From the IMG/VR virus record IMGVR_UViG_3300048919_000265: 64,000 nt of DNA. One strand, written 5' to 3'. The notes beneath the pieces were generated by a model. That model did no database searches. It was not told the origin of the DNA and worked only from the letters and a program-made list of their open reading frames with translations. The stretch's first letter is position 1. Each line of letters opens with the position of its first letter. This stretch comes from a virus. Made by a program: the position numbers and the translations under genes. Of the stretch, positions 19,776-30,131 are shown in pieces.

Positions 19776-20821
19776 CAGAACTCCCTCAAATTCAGTAATT
19801 CATTTTTTACAACCTTTTCTTGATCAAAAGATAGATTGCGATCTGCAGCAAACTCACCACTCTTTAGTTCCCAAGCCCGACGCCGTAAATCTTCAATCTC
19901 TTCTTCCAAGGCTGGTAATTTCGACTCTCTGATTGTCTTTAGACTGGCATAATCGTTAGTCAATGACAATATCTTAGCAAGTCCAAATTTATCAATCTGA
20001 GAGATTGAAGCTCCCGTAAAATCAATACCCTCAGCCATCCTAGGATAAACAAGATTAAGATTGTTCAAAAGAAAGACAGCATCCTCCTTCACTAGCCTAC
20101 CATTATCTAATAATTGTTTTATAAACAACTTAAGGGCTGTGGGATTACGGGTGACATTAACGTTAAAGGTGGACATTCCTTCATTCAGGAAGTTGCAGAA
20201 CTCCTCATACAGAGTTGCACCTTTTAACTTCGTGTGTTCAGAAGAAAATGCATGTACTCTATCCGAACCATCACCACAGAAAACTTTATGTGCAGATATC
20301 GTATTAAACATAATCTTTTTACCACGAACAACACTATAATTAAAATTATGCCAAGTAACTCTATTAACATTACTATTGAGAGGCTCCATTGTGACTTTAC
20401 TATCAACATTATGTGAGATATCATAGTCTGCGGTATAAATGGAAATTTTGCTATATTGATCTCTGTTCTTCTCCACAGCACTAAAGATAAGATCATCCGC
20501 TTCAAAACCCTTTACCTTGTACGCAGGTATTCCACACTGCAACAACCGTTCATACAAAAATTCAGCTTGACTATTTACTACATGAGCACTAGGTCGATTT
20601 CCTTTATAATCAGCACTGATAGTTTTGCGATCAGTACTACTATCAAACATAACAGCAACATCTGCCATATTAGATAAATTCAGAACTAGGGTCTTGAGTA
20701 AGTACTTTACCCCACCTAATGGATAACCATGAGCATAAACTTTGCTATACTCATCTATATTTGTAACAGAATGCAAATAACCATGTGCATCATGTAATGT
20801 TAAGTGTCCCTTCACTACCAT
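19775..20821 (-). CDS. Stand-alone 5'-3' exonuclease/flap endonuclease (Pol I N-terminal/FEN family)
   Basis: VMFDS..RK.ISADYKGNR, GFEADDLI, TADYD and CGDGSD acidic motifs. Confidence 0.88.
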   Translation of the reverse strand: MVVKGHLTLHDAHGYLHSVTNIDEYSKVYAHGYPLGGVKYLLKTLVLNLSNMADVAVMFDSSTDRKTISADYKGNRPSAHVVNSQAEFLYERLLQCGIPAYKVKGFEADDLIFSAVEKNRDQYSKISIYTADYDISHNVDSKVTMEPLNSNVNRVTWHNFNYSVVRGKKIMFNTISAHKVFCGDGSDRVHAFSSEHTKLKGATLYEEFCNFLNEGMSTFNVNVTRNPTALKLFIKQLLDNGRLVKEDAVFLLNNLNLVYPRMAEGIDFTGASISQIDKFGLAKILSLTNDYASLKTIRESKLPALEEEIEDLRRRAWELKSGEFAADRNLSFDQEKVVKNELLNLREF

Positions 20822-20829
20822 TCAACTCC

Positions 20830-22065
20830 TCAAACCGCCGGTGTTATATCCAAACAGAAAGTCTCTATTAAATCAATGACCCTACTAAAGGTAAGATTAT
20901 TCTTTTCAAAATCAGGATCTATGACAGTTCTAGACTCAGAACTGAAACTTAGTTTCTTCAAACTTTCTACTAGTAGTTTACTATTAACCAATGTAAACAT
21001 ACAAAACCCAACATTATGCAACCGGTTAAACACACCTTCAAGTTCTTCTTTTCCCAAGATAATACCTTCCTCTTCCGGAAAAAGCTGAGCACACAAAAAT
21101 TCATAATCATTATCTAACCTAAACAGTTTGTAATACAATTGAGTTATTTCCTCGGCCACACCTGAATCAATAACCCCTCTACCTAAAAGAGTTTGCATAA
21201 TGTCCACAAATTCTTTGCTCTGGTCATCAAACAAATCACTTAAATATTGCACCTTTTCTGGAATCTCTGATAGATCTAACTTTACTGTACTTAAGCCCAT
21301 ACTAGATATTAAATACTTCTTAAAGTCTATACCACCGATAGCATCAGAAACAGTAAAAATGCTAGAACTTTTGGTTTGTTCTGTGTTGGGATAGTGAAGC
21401 CTTAATATCTCAACACCTTCCAATCCCACATTCCTTAATTGTGCCTTATTTGCCCCTGTTGCAGAGAACATTCTTTCTACCACACTTAATAAAAATCCAG
21501 GACCGAGACTTGCGATTCTGTGTAGCTTTTCACCAAACACACTGATTTCTTTAAAACTGTTTAATTTTATTAAACGTATATATGTCTTCAACACAGATTT
21601 ATAATACTGCTTATAATGCAGCAAAATCTTCAACTCATAATCCCCAAGAGTAACAACTCCAGGACTACCATCAAACTTCCTAAAACTGTTGACAACTGTT
21701 TTAGTACTATTGCTGGTTTCCGCAATATGTTCAATATCTTTTTCGATTCTACTCATTAACTCCTGCTTTTGCTCATCCGTCAATCCTTCGATATCACATT
21801 TATAACTCCGCTTTAATGGCTCAACTGCATTAGATTTGATTAAGTCAATTTGTCTACTCAGCTTTCTTATTTCCGGAGAAGCATACTGTACTTCTATCTG
21901 GGTGTCCAAAAATTCTGCTAAATATTGTAACTCAGATTTAAATTTTTGTAAACCCTTGCCATCTAAAGGATTGTTCATGACAGAAGACAATCGGACGACA
22001 CTGGAGTTATTTAACTCTAAAAGGGCTGCAGTTGCTCCTGTCACCCCGAAAAATTCTCCTAGCAC
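20830..22065 (-). CDS. Hypothetical helical protein (411 aa)
   Basis: ORF track; no motif recognised. Confidence 0.7.
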   Translation of the reverse strand: MLGEFFGVTGATAALLELNNSSVVRLSSVMNNPLDGKGLQKFKSELQYLAEFLDTQIEVQYASPEIRKLSRQIDLIKSNAVEPLKRSYKCDIEGLTDEQKQELMSRIEKDIEHIAETSNSTKTVVNSFRKFDGSPGVVTLGDYELKILLHYKQYYKSVLKTYIRLIKLNSFKEISVFGEKLHRIASLGPGFLLSVVERMFSATGANKAQLRNVGLEGVEILRLHYPNTEQTKSSSIFTVSDAIGGIDFKKYLISSMGLSTVKLDLSEIPEKVQYLSDLFDDQSKEFVDIMQTLLGRGVIDSGVAEEITQLYYKLFRLDNDYEFLCAQLFPEEEGIILGKEELEGVFNRLHNVGFCMFTLVNSKLLVESLKKLSFSSESRTVIDPDFEKNNLTFSRVIDLIETFCLDITPAV

Positions 22066-22481
22066 TACTTTTTCCCCCTACTCTTACTCATCTTTTTCAG
22101 TATAGCCAGCTGATCTTTCTTCATATTTTTAGGGTCCACAGACACCTTTTTAACGACTGGAGCAGAAATTAGATCCTCATCCTTATCTATACGGATTGCA
22201 GGAGTAGGGGAATAATTCCCTACTCCTGCGCTGAGCATTGCTTCTATAGTTCGTTGTAAAGAGCCTATAGTGTTATTAAGCATCTCTATAGTTTGTCCAG
22301 AACTCGCAACAGAGTTTCTCAAACTTTCGAATTCCGACGCTGCAATCCCACTAGCTCTCTCATTAAATAGATCCGAGATATACTCTGACAGTAATCCATC
22401 ATCACTATAACGAGCGTATGCATCCTCAGCTTCCTTTGAGACAAGGATAAGTGTGAGATCAACTTTAACTTCGCGGCCCAT
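22065..22481 (-). CDS. Putative ParR-like adaptor/DNA-binding protein
   Basis: Small gene directly downstream of the actin-like ATPase. N-terminal strand-helix-helix pattern, central coiled coil, basic C-terminus. The call relies mainly on context. Confidence 0.45.
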   Translation of the reverse strand: MGREVKVDLTLILVSKEAEDAYARYSDDGLLSEYISDLFNERASGIAASEFESLRNSVASSGQTIEMLNNTIGSLQRTIEAMLSAGVGNYSPTPAIRIDKDEDLISAPVVKKVSVDPKNMKKDQLAILKKMSKSRGKK

Positions 22482-22495
22482 ACTTATCCCCCTAA

Positions 22496-23899
22496 TCAGT
22501 TGTTAGTGCCAGCCTCTTTAATGATGCTAGCTTGCAAAGACGCATTAGCTTCTGCCACATCTTCCAATTCAACTAATTCAGAAAGCTCAGATGTAGCAGC
22601 TACCTCATCCAATTCTTCCTCGAACTCCGAAAATTCAATAATTCCTTCAATAACCAACCCTGCAGGGATTTGATTACCTGTAATATGAACGAACTCTGTA
22701 TTTGGTGTCAGTTCTTTGAATCGTTCAGCAAGATAATCGGCAATACTAATCCCATTAGGATACGCATCCGGCTCAGATTCTTCAATCGGAACTTCTGTTT
22801 CAATTGGAGAAAGATAAGTTCGACCAAACAAACGACCACTAATACTTACAGTATTCAAATCTCTAATACCGACTTCCGTTTGAGTATCAAACACTTTATC
22901 AATTAGATCATCAACAATACGGTAAGCAAATGTTCTCTTAACCTGCTCGATCAAAGGCATTACACTAATTAGGCTTCCGCCGTCCTTAATTCTACCAGTT
23001 CTCAAAGCATTTTCAAGTACACCAAGTCCTAAGTCCCCACCGCCGTATTTGTCAACATACAAACGGTTAAGTTCTTCTCGAAGTTGCTTGCCTCCGTACT
23101 TCAAGGTTTTTTGAGCCGTAGAAAGACTAATACCGTCATTCAGTATTTCAGCACCTATGCTTCTGCCCCCACCTTCAATATGTAAGGTACTTTCTGGAGT
23201 CTCTTCCTCCCCCATCGCATAGTACGCTTTAATTGCAGCTTCAGGTTCAGTTCTGGTAATAATAGCCTTAAAAGAAAAATCAATGTGAACACCAGAAGGA
23301 ATGTGTAACCATTTATAAGACTGCAAATTATGCCGCAAACCCTTCAAATTAGTTTCATTCAAATCATCCGGTGGTAACGCGACCGACAAATAAACTTCAA
23401 CTTCAGTTGGGATCTCGCCTTCATACTTTTGACAAGTACCAATCCCCATCATATCCAACAAGTTATAATAAAATGTAGCATCTTGGCTTTTTTGTGTTGT
23501 AGACTTAAGTCTATTCTCTTTGAGCTCCACATCAGTAGCTTTAATACCTCTCACAAGACGTACATTCTCAAACAACACTTCCCCGTCGATGCTTGTATTC
23601 ACAATACGGGAATCCAAATTATCATAAATAAAATCACCTTTAGGTGCAATAGCTCTATTATCTGGCACCGTTTTAGAAGCAGAAGGAATTGCATAAACAA
23701 CCGAAAGCTCTTCTAGAAAATTCCCAATTTGATCGAAATCCAGAATAGTCACACGAAATTGTGTAGATCCTCCATCTAAACCCGCGATAACACGAACCTT
23801 CCGTCCTTCTTTATTCTTAAAATTAATTACTCGATGCAGCTTCTCTTCCCCGGGTTCTACTGGAATCTTCCGAGAAGTAGCTTTCTTCAACAAATCCAT
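22496..23899 (-). CDS. ParM/StbA-family actin-like ATPase
   Basis: Phosphate-1 AGLDGGSTQ, connect-1 EPEAA, phosphate-2 HIEGGGRS, YGG and adenosine-like ISGRLFG motifs; long acidic C-terminal tail. Confidence 0.8.
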   Translation of the reverse strand: MDLLKKATSRKIPVEPGEEKLHRVINFKNKEGRKVRVIAGLDGGSTQFRVTILDFDQIGNFLEELSVVYAIPSASKTVPDNRAIAPKGDFIYDNLDSRIVNTSIDGEVLFENVRLVRGIKATDVELKENRLKSTTQKSQDATFYYNLLDMMGIGTCQKYEGEIPTEVEVYLSVALPPDDLNETNLKGLRHNLQSYKWLHIPSGVHIDFSFKAIITRTEPEAAIKAYYAMGEEETPESTLHIEGGGRSIGAEILNDGISLSTAQKTLKYGGKQLREELNRLYVDKYGGGDLGLGVLENALRTGRIKDGGSLISVMPLIEQVKRTFAYRIVDDLIDKVFDTQTEVGIRDLNTVSISGRLFGRTYLSPIETEVPIEESEPDAYPNGISIADYLAERFKELTPNTEFVHITGNQIPAGLVIEGIIEFSEFEEELDEVAATSELSELVELEDVAEANASLQASIIKEAGTNN

Positions 23900-23924
23900 G
23901 ATTGAAACCTCCTACTATTTTCTA

Positions 23925-23933
23925 TGTTATAAT
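23925..23933 (+). promoter_or_regulatory. Extended -10 element (TGnTATAAT) facing antisense to the pil-like genes
   Basis: Exact TGTTATAAT on the + strand in the intergenic gap. Function untested. Confidence 0.3.
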
Positions 23934-23973
23934 AGCTTTTAGAAGCCTGCCTAAAGGGTTAAAAGTTTCAGAC

Positions 23974-25260
23974 TCAAAGAACAAATAATTGCACTTTAAC
24001 ATAACTTTTACCTCCTATATTGGTGCTACCTAATTGCTTAGTTTTATAAATATTAAAATTCTGACTCAAAACCTCAGAAAATTTATCTAAAACTTTTTCA
24101 TCTTTCATATAAGCATGGATAGTAAATCCTTCTTTGTCAAAAGATATCTGTGTCACTTTACCATCCATAGATATCTTATTCACTAGGTTAACTGTATTAC
24201 TATAGTAACCAGCCCCAGATCGAAGAGTGGAAAGCTGTCTATCCAATCTAGCCTCATACGCTTTTATATAAACCATATCCTTACCACTATCCGCTACAGA
24301 CCTCGCCATAGTAGAAGTCGACTCCGGCAGATTGACATTGAGAAATACACTAGTACCGAACAGTAAGACGAATAGTGCTACGCATATTGTAAGTACTTTA
24401 CTTAACCAGGGTATAGCGGGATCTGCTACAACATGCTCCACCTCTTCGTTCTTTTTACCTTTTAACTCAATCAAGAAGTTTCGTAACTTATTTGGCTTGA
24501 CTTCGACCACGGAAAACTTATCTGAAATCTCCTGAATCTTATTCTCAGAAACAACAGACTCTGTAAGGGTCTTTACTCTTTCCGTATTCGTAATTAATGG
24601 TCGGAAGAACTCTACTTCAGATCCTTCTAGTGTTAATGAGGGATCAGTAACTAAAGTGAATAAGGAAGGAGCAAGCATTATTTTATCTGCACTGCTCAAA
24701 TGATTGTAGTTTGACAACTCCATTCCCAAGTCTAATGAAACTGAGACCGAATTCGTAGCATTTAACAACTTAGACACTTTATATTCTGCACTCAGGTACT
24801 TAATCTTAGATTCTAAAACTTGGGCACGGCATATAACCAACTCTAACAACGAATTACCCTCAATCACTGCTACAGATAAGTTCTCGTTCACACTACTATC
24901 CACTACTAAACAGCGCTCGGCAGATAAAGTTTTATAAAAATCTACTGCGCTATAAACATTCAATACTTCGACGTTTAGAGCCTTAACCAGCGTATTTAGA
25001 GAAGAAAGATCTTCCCTACTAAATCCAATAAATTTTTCCTCACCGTCACATATATAACTATCTAATACAGGGCAATCTCTATTAACTAATAGTGGTTGCA
25101 TGATAACATTAAGATTAGGTATACTATAAGCTTGCAAACAATTAAATATATTCCCCATAATATCTTTCGTGTAATCAAAACATTCCATAAAAATAAGCTG
25201 TTTATCCTGAACTAATCCCACTTCTACTTTATCATAAAACCTTAGTAGACCATACACCAT
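23974..25260 (-). CDS. PilM/PilN-like fused type IV pilus alignment protein
   Basis: Cytoplasmic N-terminal domain, one TM (WLSKVLTICVALFVLLFGTSVFL), coiled coil, then a PilN-like alpha/beta C-terminal domain (VTQISFDKEGFTIHAY...LDKFSEVL). Lies downstream of the PilB-like gene. Confidence 0.45.
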   Translation of the reverse strand: MVYGLLRFYDKVEVGLVQDKQLIFMECFDYTKDIMGNIFNCLQAYSIPNLNVIMQPLLVNRDCPVLDSYICDGEEKFIGFSREDLSSLNTLVKALNVEVLNVYSAVDFYKTLSAERCLVVDSSVNENLSVAVIEGNSLLELVICRAQVLESKIKYLSAEYKVSKLLNATNSVSVSLDLGMELSNYNHLSSADKIMLAPSLFTLVTDPSLTLEGSEVEFFRPLITNTERVKTLTESVVSENKIQEISDKFSVVEVKPNKLRNFLIELKGKKNEEVEHVVADPAIPWLSKVLTICVALFVLLFGTSVFLNVNLPESTSTMARSVADSGKDMVYIKAYEARLDRQLSTLRSGAGYYSNTVNLVNKISMDGKVTQISFDKEGFTIHAYMKDEKVLDKFSEVLSQNFNIYKTKQLGSTNIGGKSYVKVQLFVL

Positions 25261-25759
25261 GGTTTACCTCCTTCAACCTAACAACCACTACCAACCGATT
25301 GCTACCATAATCAATCTTTATGTCTTCCAATAACAAATTAAAGCTTTCTATCATTTGTAGTGCTTTGTTTATTTCCGTCCCAGAATATTCAAACTGTAAT
25401 CCGTCATAATCAGTTACTTGTGATAGATCTAGCACTGGAGCTCCTATTGCAGGCCCACCTGCTTTTAACTTCACACTATTAACTTTCTCAAGTTTGACAA
25501 TTTTTAAGTCAAGCATTTTAGAGAGAACTTTCTGAACGTCTAGATAATCTTTATTGCCCGACTCTTGTCTAAATTGTTCTTGCTTAGATAAAACACTACT
25601 CTCAAATGTAGAGACATTATACTGATTGCTATCTAATTCTGATTTTTCATCATAATACTTAACAATCTTTCCAGAAACAGAATCAATACTGTATGGTCCT
25701 AGAGTCAATAGACATATTAGTATCACAATTAAAAATCCCCTAATACCCATCGTTTTCAT
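25232..25759 (-). CDS. PilO-like bitopic membrane protein
   Basis: N-terminal TM, coiled coil, C-terminal LQFEYSGTEINKALQMIESFNLLLEDIKID pattern; context. Confidence 0.45.
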   Translation of the reverse strand: MKTMGIRGFLIVILICLLTLGPYSIDSVSGKIVKYYDEKSELDSNQYNVSTFESSVLSKQEQFRQESGNKDYLDVQKVLSKMLDLKIVKLEKVNSVKLKAGGPAIGAPVLDLSQVTDYDGLQFEYSGTEINKALQMIESFNLLLEDIKIDYGSNRLVVVVRLKEVNHGVWSTKVL

Positions 25760-26163
25760 AAGAACTCCACCTCTGCACCATCATCCAGCAAACTTTGGGA
25801 GGAGACAAGCACTTCATTATCTGTAAATGTAAAAGTGGTCTTGTTATTTAATACTTGTTCTATAAAATCGCTCATTCGATGTTTAGATATATTATTCAAA
25901 AAAGGCTCTACCACTTCTCCCTCTGCAGCCAATCCAGAAATCAATCCCACGATACCGGTATCTTTTTTAGGTACCTCCTCCAAGAATACATTCTTTAGAA
26001 AACTAAAGGTCTCCTCCTTCTCTTCCTTTAATTCCCTAGGTTCGTCTACAGTCTTAGCTGTGTGGTCTTTGATTATCCGTACATCCCGATCTGTTACTTT
26101 TGACTCATTTACTAAAGTATTAATATTCTTTTTCTTATTTCTGCCTATAGGCATATTTACCAC
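25756..26163 (-). CDS. Hypothetical protein (135 aa)
   Basis: ORF track; coupled to neighbours. Confidence 0.65.
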   Translation of the reverse strand: MVNMPIGRNKKKNINTLVNESKVTDRDVRIIKDHTAKTVDEPRELKEEKEETFSFLKNVFLEEVPKKDTGIVGLISGLAAEGEVVEPFLNNISKHRMSDFIEQVLNNKTTFTFTDNEVLVSSQSLLDDGAEVEFL

Positions 26164-26166
26164 ATC

Positions 26167-27789
26167 CTATAATATACTATCTAAACTAGTAACTATTAAT
26201 TTACCTTCACTAATAGCTCTAGAAATACCAAACTCCAGAGTATGCTTTCGCTTAAATACAAGATCCTTAATATGGGATTCCATATGAAACGGTAGATCGA
26301 ACTTAAGAAGGTCTGATATCACTTCGTCCGTAAACACCAGCCTCTCCACATATGGTTGAACCTTTCCTTTCAGATTTCCCATCTTGCATTGCTCACAGCC
26401 AGTATTAGTGTAGAACTGCTCCACCCCATACTCTATTAAAAAATCTTTGTACCTTGCTCCTCTACCATCAGGATACAGCTCTGGTAAAGAACTAACCAAC
26501 GCCTTATTCCTACAATGTGGGCACTGCACATTAAACATTCGTTGATTGATACATATATTCATCTGAGATATAATATTTCTAAAATCTTTTCCATAGAACT
26601 CATACAACTTGTGAGGCAAATTCCAGATTCTCCGCACATGAGTTGTAGTTACTACATGAACACCACTAACTACTAACATGTTCATGGCCTGGGCAGCTTC
26701 TGAATCAGCTATTTCGTTTATAAATGCCACATTAACATCGTGCTTCTTTGTTAATCTTGTTAGGTGCATTAGGTGCTCTTTATCCATACCATAATCCACC
26801 TGAGTAAAAGGCATTAGAACTTCCACAGGACTGGAATAATCCACTATTGTTATTGGATACTGAATCATCTCATTACCTATTGCAAAGGCCGTAGTATTTT
26901 TACCAGTTCTGATGTTACCTGTGATTAAAGTTAGCCCTCCGATCTTTTTACTAATTGTCATTAGGTCGGCCCGAATGTCCTCATCAAACCCTAATTGGTG
27001 TATTCTCTTGGAAACCGTGCTTAGTGTTTGAATACGGCAAACACATTTAAATCCTCCTAAAACTTTAGTAGCAGATACCCGTAACGATACATTTTTGTCT
27101 TCGAAAAGATCATTAGTTACCGTTTCGATTCCACTAATATTATTTAAATCCTGGGGATTAGCATTAGTTCTAGTAGAAATCAGCTTAAATATGATATCAG
27201 AGTTCATCAACCCATCGAATTCAAAAAGATCACAATACTCAATATCGTTACCAATTCTAAACTTAACTACATACTTAGGGGTTAGATTATGGTGTTCTAC
27301 ATCAATATGAACATCCGTTGCTCCTAGAGATATGCCTTCAAGCACCAACCTCTTAAATAATATATCGTAATCCCAACTACAATACTTTCGCCCTCGTAAC
27401 TCCATAAAATTCACCGGTGTTACCCTGACAAATTCTAACTGTCTGACATTCCTCAACTCAATACCAAGCCTCGTAAGATCTGATTTATTGTCAGATGCCA
27501 ATATTATCCTTACACGTAAGGCATCCGTATATTCCAACAAAACATCGTACTTATCTTCGATTCTCGATAATTCTGCTTCCGTGAGAGTATCTACGTTTCT
27601 AGTACGCACACTTTTAACATCCTCGAAAATATAATTATACTCTTGGCGTAACACGCCAAGAAGAATATCCCTACTAACAAACTTGTAAACTTCTAAGTTT
27701 AAGATTAATTCGTCCTCATCCAATAGGTTATTGTTATTGAATAACGTCACAACTTCCGACGATAATTCAAAAGATTCAAGACTAATCAC
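26167..27789 (-). CDS. PilB/GspE/ComGA-family secretion/pilus assembly ATPase
   Basis: GATDVHID, LRVS...CRI, Walker A GNIRTGKNTT, SPVE Asp-box remnant, Walker B AFINEIAD, His-box SGVHVVTTTH, CPHC...CEQC zinc site. Confidence 0.85.
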   Translation of the reverse strand: MISLESFELSSEVVTLFNNNNLLDEDELILNLEVYKFVSRDILLGVLRQEYNYIFEDVKSVRTRNVDTLTEAELSRIEDKYDVLLEYTDALRVRIILASDNKSDLTRLGIELRNVRQLEFVRVTPVNFMELRGRKYCSWDYDILFKRLVLEGISLGATDVHIDVEHHNLTPKYVVKFRIGNDIEYCDLFEFDGLMNSDIIFKLISTRTNANPQDLNNISGIETVTNDLFEDKNVSLRVSATKVLGGFKCVCRIQTLSTVSKRIHQLGFDEDIRADLMTISKKIGGLTLITGNIRTGKNTTAFAIGNEMIQYPITIVDYSSPVEVLMPFTQVDYGMDKEHLMHLTRLTKKHDVNVAFINEIADSEAAQAMNMLVVSGVHVVTTTHVRRIWNLPHKLYEFYGKDFRNIISQMNICINQRMFNVQCPHCRNKALVSSLPELYPDGRGARYKDFLIEYGVEQFYTNTGCEQCKMGNLKGKVQPYVERLVFTDEVISDLLKFDLPFHMESHIKDLVFKRKHTLEFGISRAISEGKLIVTSLDSIL

Positions 27790-27817
27790 ATTGTTTCCTC
27801 CCGCTTAACTTCTTCTA

Positions 27818-28561
27818 TCACAATCTCCGCCTAACAAACTCGTACAACATTTTACGATGCAACTTGGTTTTCTTATCAACAGTAGTCTCAATCATTATTT
27901 GCAGATCAATATCATCAGCGTTATTATTAAAATAAGCTAATTCAATCGCATAATTTCTTAGACTGAAATGAAAAGAACCCACACCCCTTAGTTTTTCAAG
28001 GTGCGGGTCTTCAATTTTAGTTTCCTCTAAAGTACTTCTTAGCCGAACTGTTTCAACTGCTTGAAGATCAGATTCTGAAAAAACAGGGTAATATTTTAAA
28101 CTTCCCACTACACTAAATTTCCTGAAATCAATAAAAGAATCTTCCTCTTCTTCATAAGGTTTGTGGTATGCACTAAGGACAATTCCGAATAAATCTCGCT
28201 TTATAAACAGATCAGTCATTAGGTCAAACTTGGAGACATAAACATCAATATTATCAAAGTTTACTCCTCTGAGCATTTCCGAAACCCCTTTGGAATCCTT
28301 CAATCCCAAAACTACTCTTTTAGGATACCTACTGTCTATGGAGATCCCGTCACATAATTTCAAGAATTTAACTAATAGCCTAGTATTTTCAGGCAATTCA
28401 TCCAAAACAATCAAAAATCCATAAATCTCGGAAGGGTTACTAATATCTATCCTAGATATTGCAGTCTCTAATTTCCCGTATCCTTGAAATTGAAAACTGA
28501 ACTCTTCACTTTCCTTATTAAGATGATTTAAATAGCTCGGACTCACACCCACAACAATCAT
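27818..28561 (-). CDS. Hypothetical protein (247 aa), possible pseudo-receiver N-terminus
   Basis: ORF track; alternating beta/alpha N-terminal pattern only. Confidence 0.6.
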   Translation of the reverse strand: MIVVGVSPSYLNHLNKESEEFSFQFQGYGKLETAISRIDISNPSEIYGFLIVLDELPENTRLLVKFLKLCDGISIDSRYPKRVVLGLKDSKGVSEMLRGVNFDNIDVYVSKFDLMTDLFIKRDLFGIVLSAYHKPYEEEEDSFIDFRKFSVVGSLKYYPVFSESDLQAVETVRLRSTLEETKIEDPHLEKLRGVGSFHFSLRNYAIELAYFNNNADDIDLQIMIETTVDKKTKLHRKMLYEFVRRRL

Positions 28562-28570
28562 TCTCTAACC

Positions 28571-30103
28571 TCACTTTATATCAACAACTTCCAACCTTGG
28601 TTTCTTTGCTTGATAAGGCTTAATATGAACAGTAAGACCATCACGCAATAAAGTCTTACTCTCTATTCTGAAACTACTACCCCACATATATTGCTTTCCG
28701 CCATATCTAGTCGTGATTGGAGCTTTCCCATTATTAACCCAAATCTTAGTCAACAAGGCAAACGGAGAATGCACACCAGCAAACTCGTTATAGCGACACA
28801 TATCTTGAATCATCACGCTGTTAGGATTGTTTACATTATGAGGTACCAAAATTGGAGCATTACCCACGCTCTTGATAAAAAATTGACTATCAATCAACTT
28901 TATATAATCTCTAAAATTCGGAAATTCTCTATAATCAACATGTATACCGAACGCAGAATTATGTCCGCCACAATCACAAAATTGCTGAAATAATTCCAAA
29001 TAATTTCTGCCATGCTGATCCCGTAAACTAGCTTTTATATTGCTTCCCGAATCTGCATAGACGATGGCTGTTTTACCATACTGATCGCCCAACTTATTGG
29101 CAACCAATCCAGTATAATTGTGTAGTTTATCCTCCGGTATATCTAGGCTTCTTGCGACAGACGATAAATTACCTAGCACAAAATTATTAAGTACTTCGTG
29201 CTCTATCAAATCTGTTGCTTTCTTCACAGATTCCCTCGATTTAGTCCAAACCTGATCGATCTGTTCAACAATCTCATACATTGGCGTAACTCCAATTCCT
29301 GGACGCCAATACAAGAACTTGTTCAACAGATCAAAGTTTTCAGATCTAAACAAACTATTTATCTTTGGAGTCATCTGAAATTCAATAAATCTTCGAGAAA
29401 ATACACTATAATCGTTCATCAAGTGTTGTACCATCGTAGGCAATCTTAACTGACTGTCTTCCATTGCTTTATAATACAAACTTCTTCCGAGCTTAGAAGA
29501 CATATCAACACAGTCAGCATACATACTGCAAAGGGCCAACGCTGCCAGTCCTCGAGGCTCTGGAGTCTTTAGCTTACGAAGTAGTTTCTCACAAATAACA
29601 TAAGTTAGTGCTCCAGCACTGAGCGTAAGTTCTTCCGTATTAGTACGATTTTCAAAAGTTGTGTTTACCATCGCACCTTCAAAATCAGAATAACTAAAAA
29701 CCGATTCGTGATGATCAATTAAAATTGTTTTGACACCCATCAAGTTCAGCCTGTTTATCACGGCAGGAGACTGAGAGCCTGCATCGCAAATGATCATTAC
29801 TTCAAAATACCCAGTCTTAGCTTTTAACTCAGCAGAGGAATCAATACTATGCGTACGATTACTATAATGAAAAATCTCATAATTTTTAAACTCTAAACGT
29901 TCGAAAGTTTCAATAATAATCTGAATGCAGACTGCCCCATCAGGATCATAATCCCCATATAATAATGTCCTTCTATTGTTCTTTACCACGTCCTCTAAGG
30001 CGTCAATAACCTTATCCTCCGTACTAAGGTAAGGACTCGAATAGGATGGAATATCTAACATATCCATCTTATTCAATTGTTGCAGCGAATAATAAAAATC
30101 CAT
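28571..30103 (-). CDS. recJ: RecJ-like DHH single-stranded DNA exonuclease
   Basis: YGDYDPDG, ICDAGS, IDHHE, LSAGAL, ASLRD and CGGHNSAFG (DHHA1) motifs. Confidence 0.9.
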   Translation of the reverse strand: MDFYYSLQQLNKMDMLDIPSYSSPYLSTEDKVIDALEDVVKNNRRTLLYGDYDPDGAVCIQIIIETFERLEFKNYEIFHYSNRTHSIDSSAELKAKTGYFEVMIICDAGSQSPAVINRLNLMGVKTILIDHHESVFSYSDFEGAMVNTTFENRTNTEELTLSAGALTYVICEKLLRKLKTPEPRGLAALALCSMYADCVDMSSKLGRSLYYKAMEDSQLRLPTMVQHLMNDYSVFSRRFIEFQMTPKINSLFRSENFDLLNKFLYWRPGIGVTPMYEIVEQIDQVWTKSRESVKKATDLIEHEVLNNFVLGNLSSVARSLDIPEDKLHNYTGLVANKLGDQYGKTAIVYADSGSNIKASLRDQHGRNYLELFQQFCDCGGHNSAFGIHVDYREFPNFRDYIKLIDSQFFIKSVGNAPILVPHNVNNPNSVMIQDMCRYNEFAGVHSPFALLTKIWVNNGKAPITTRYGGKQYMWGSSFRIESKTLLRDGLTVHIKPYQAKKPRLEVVDIK

Positions 30104-30131
30104 GTTTTCCTCCTCGTTGCACTTAAATCAC

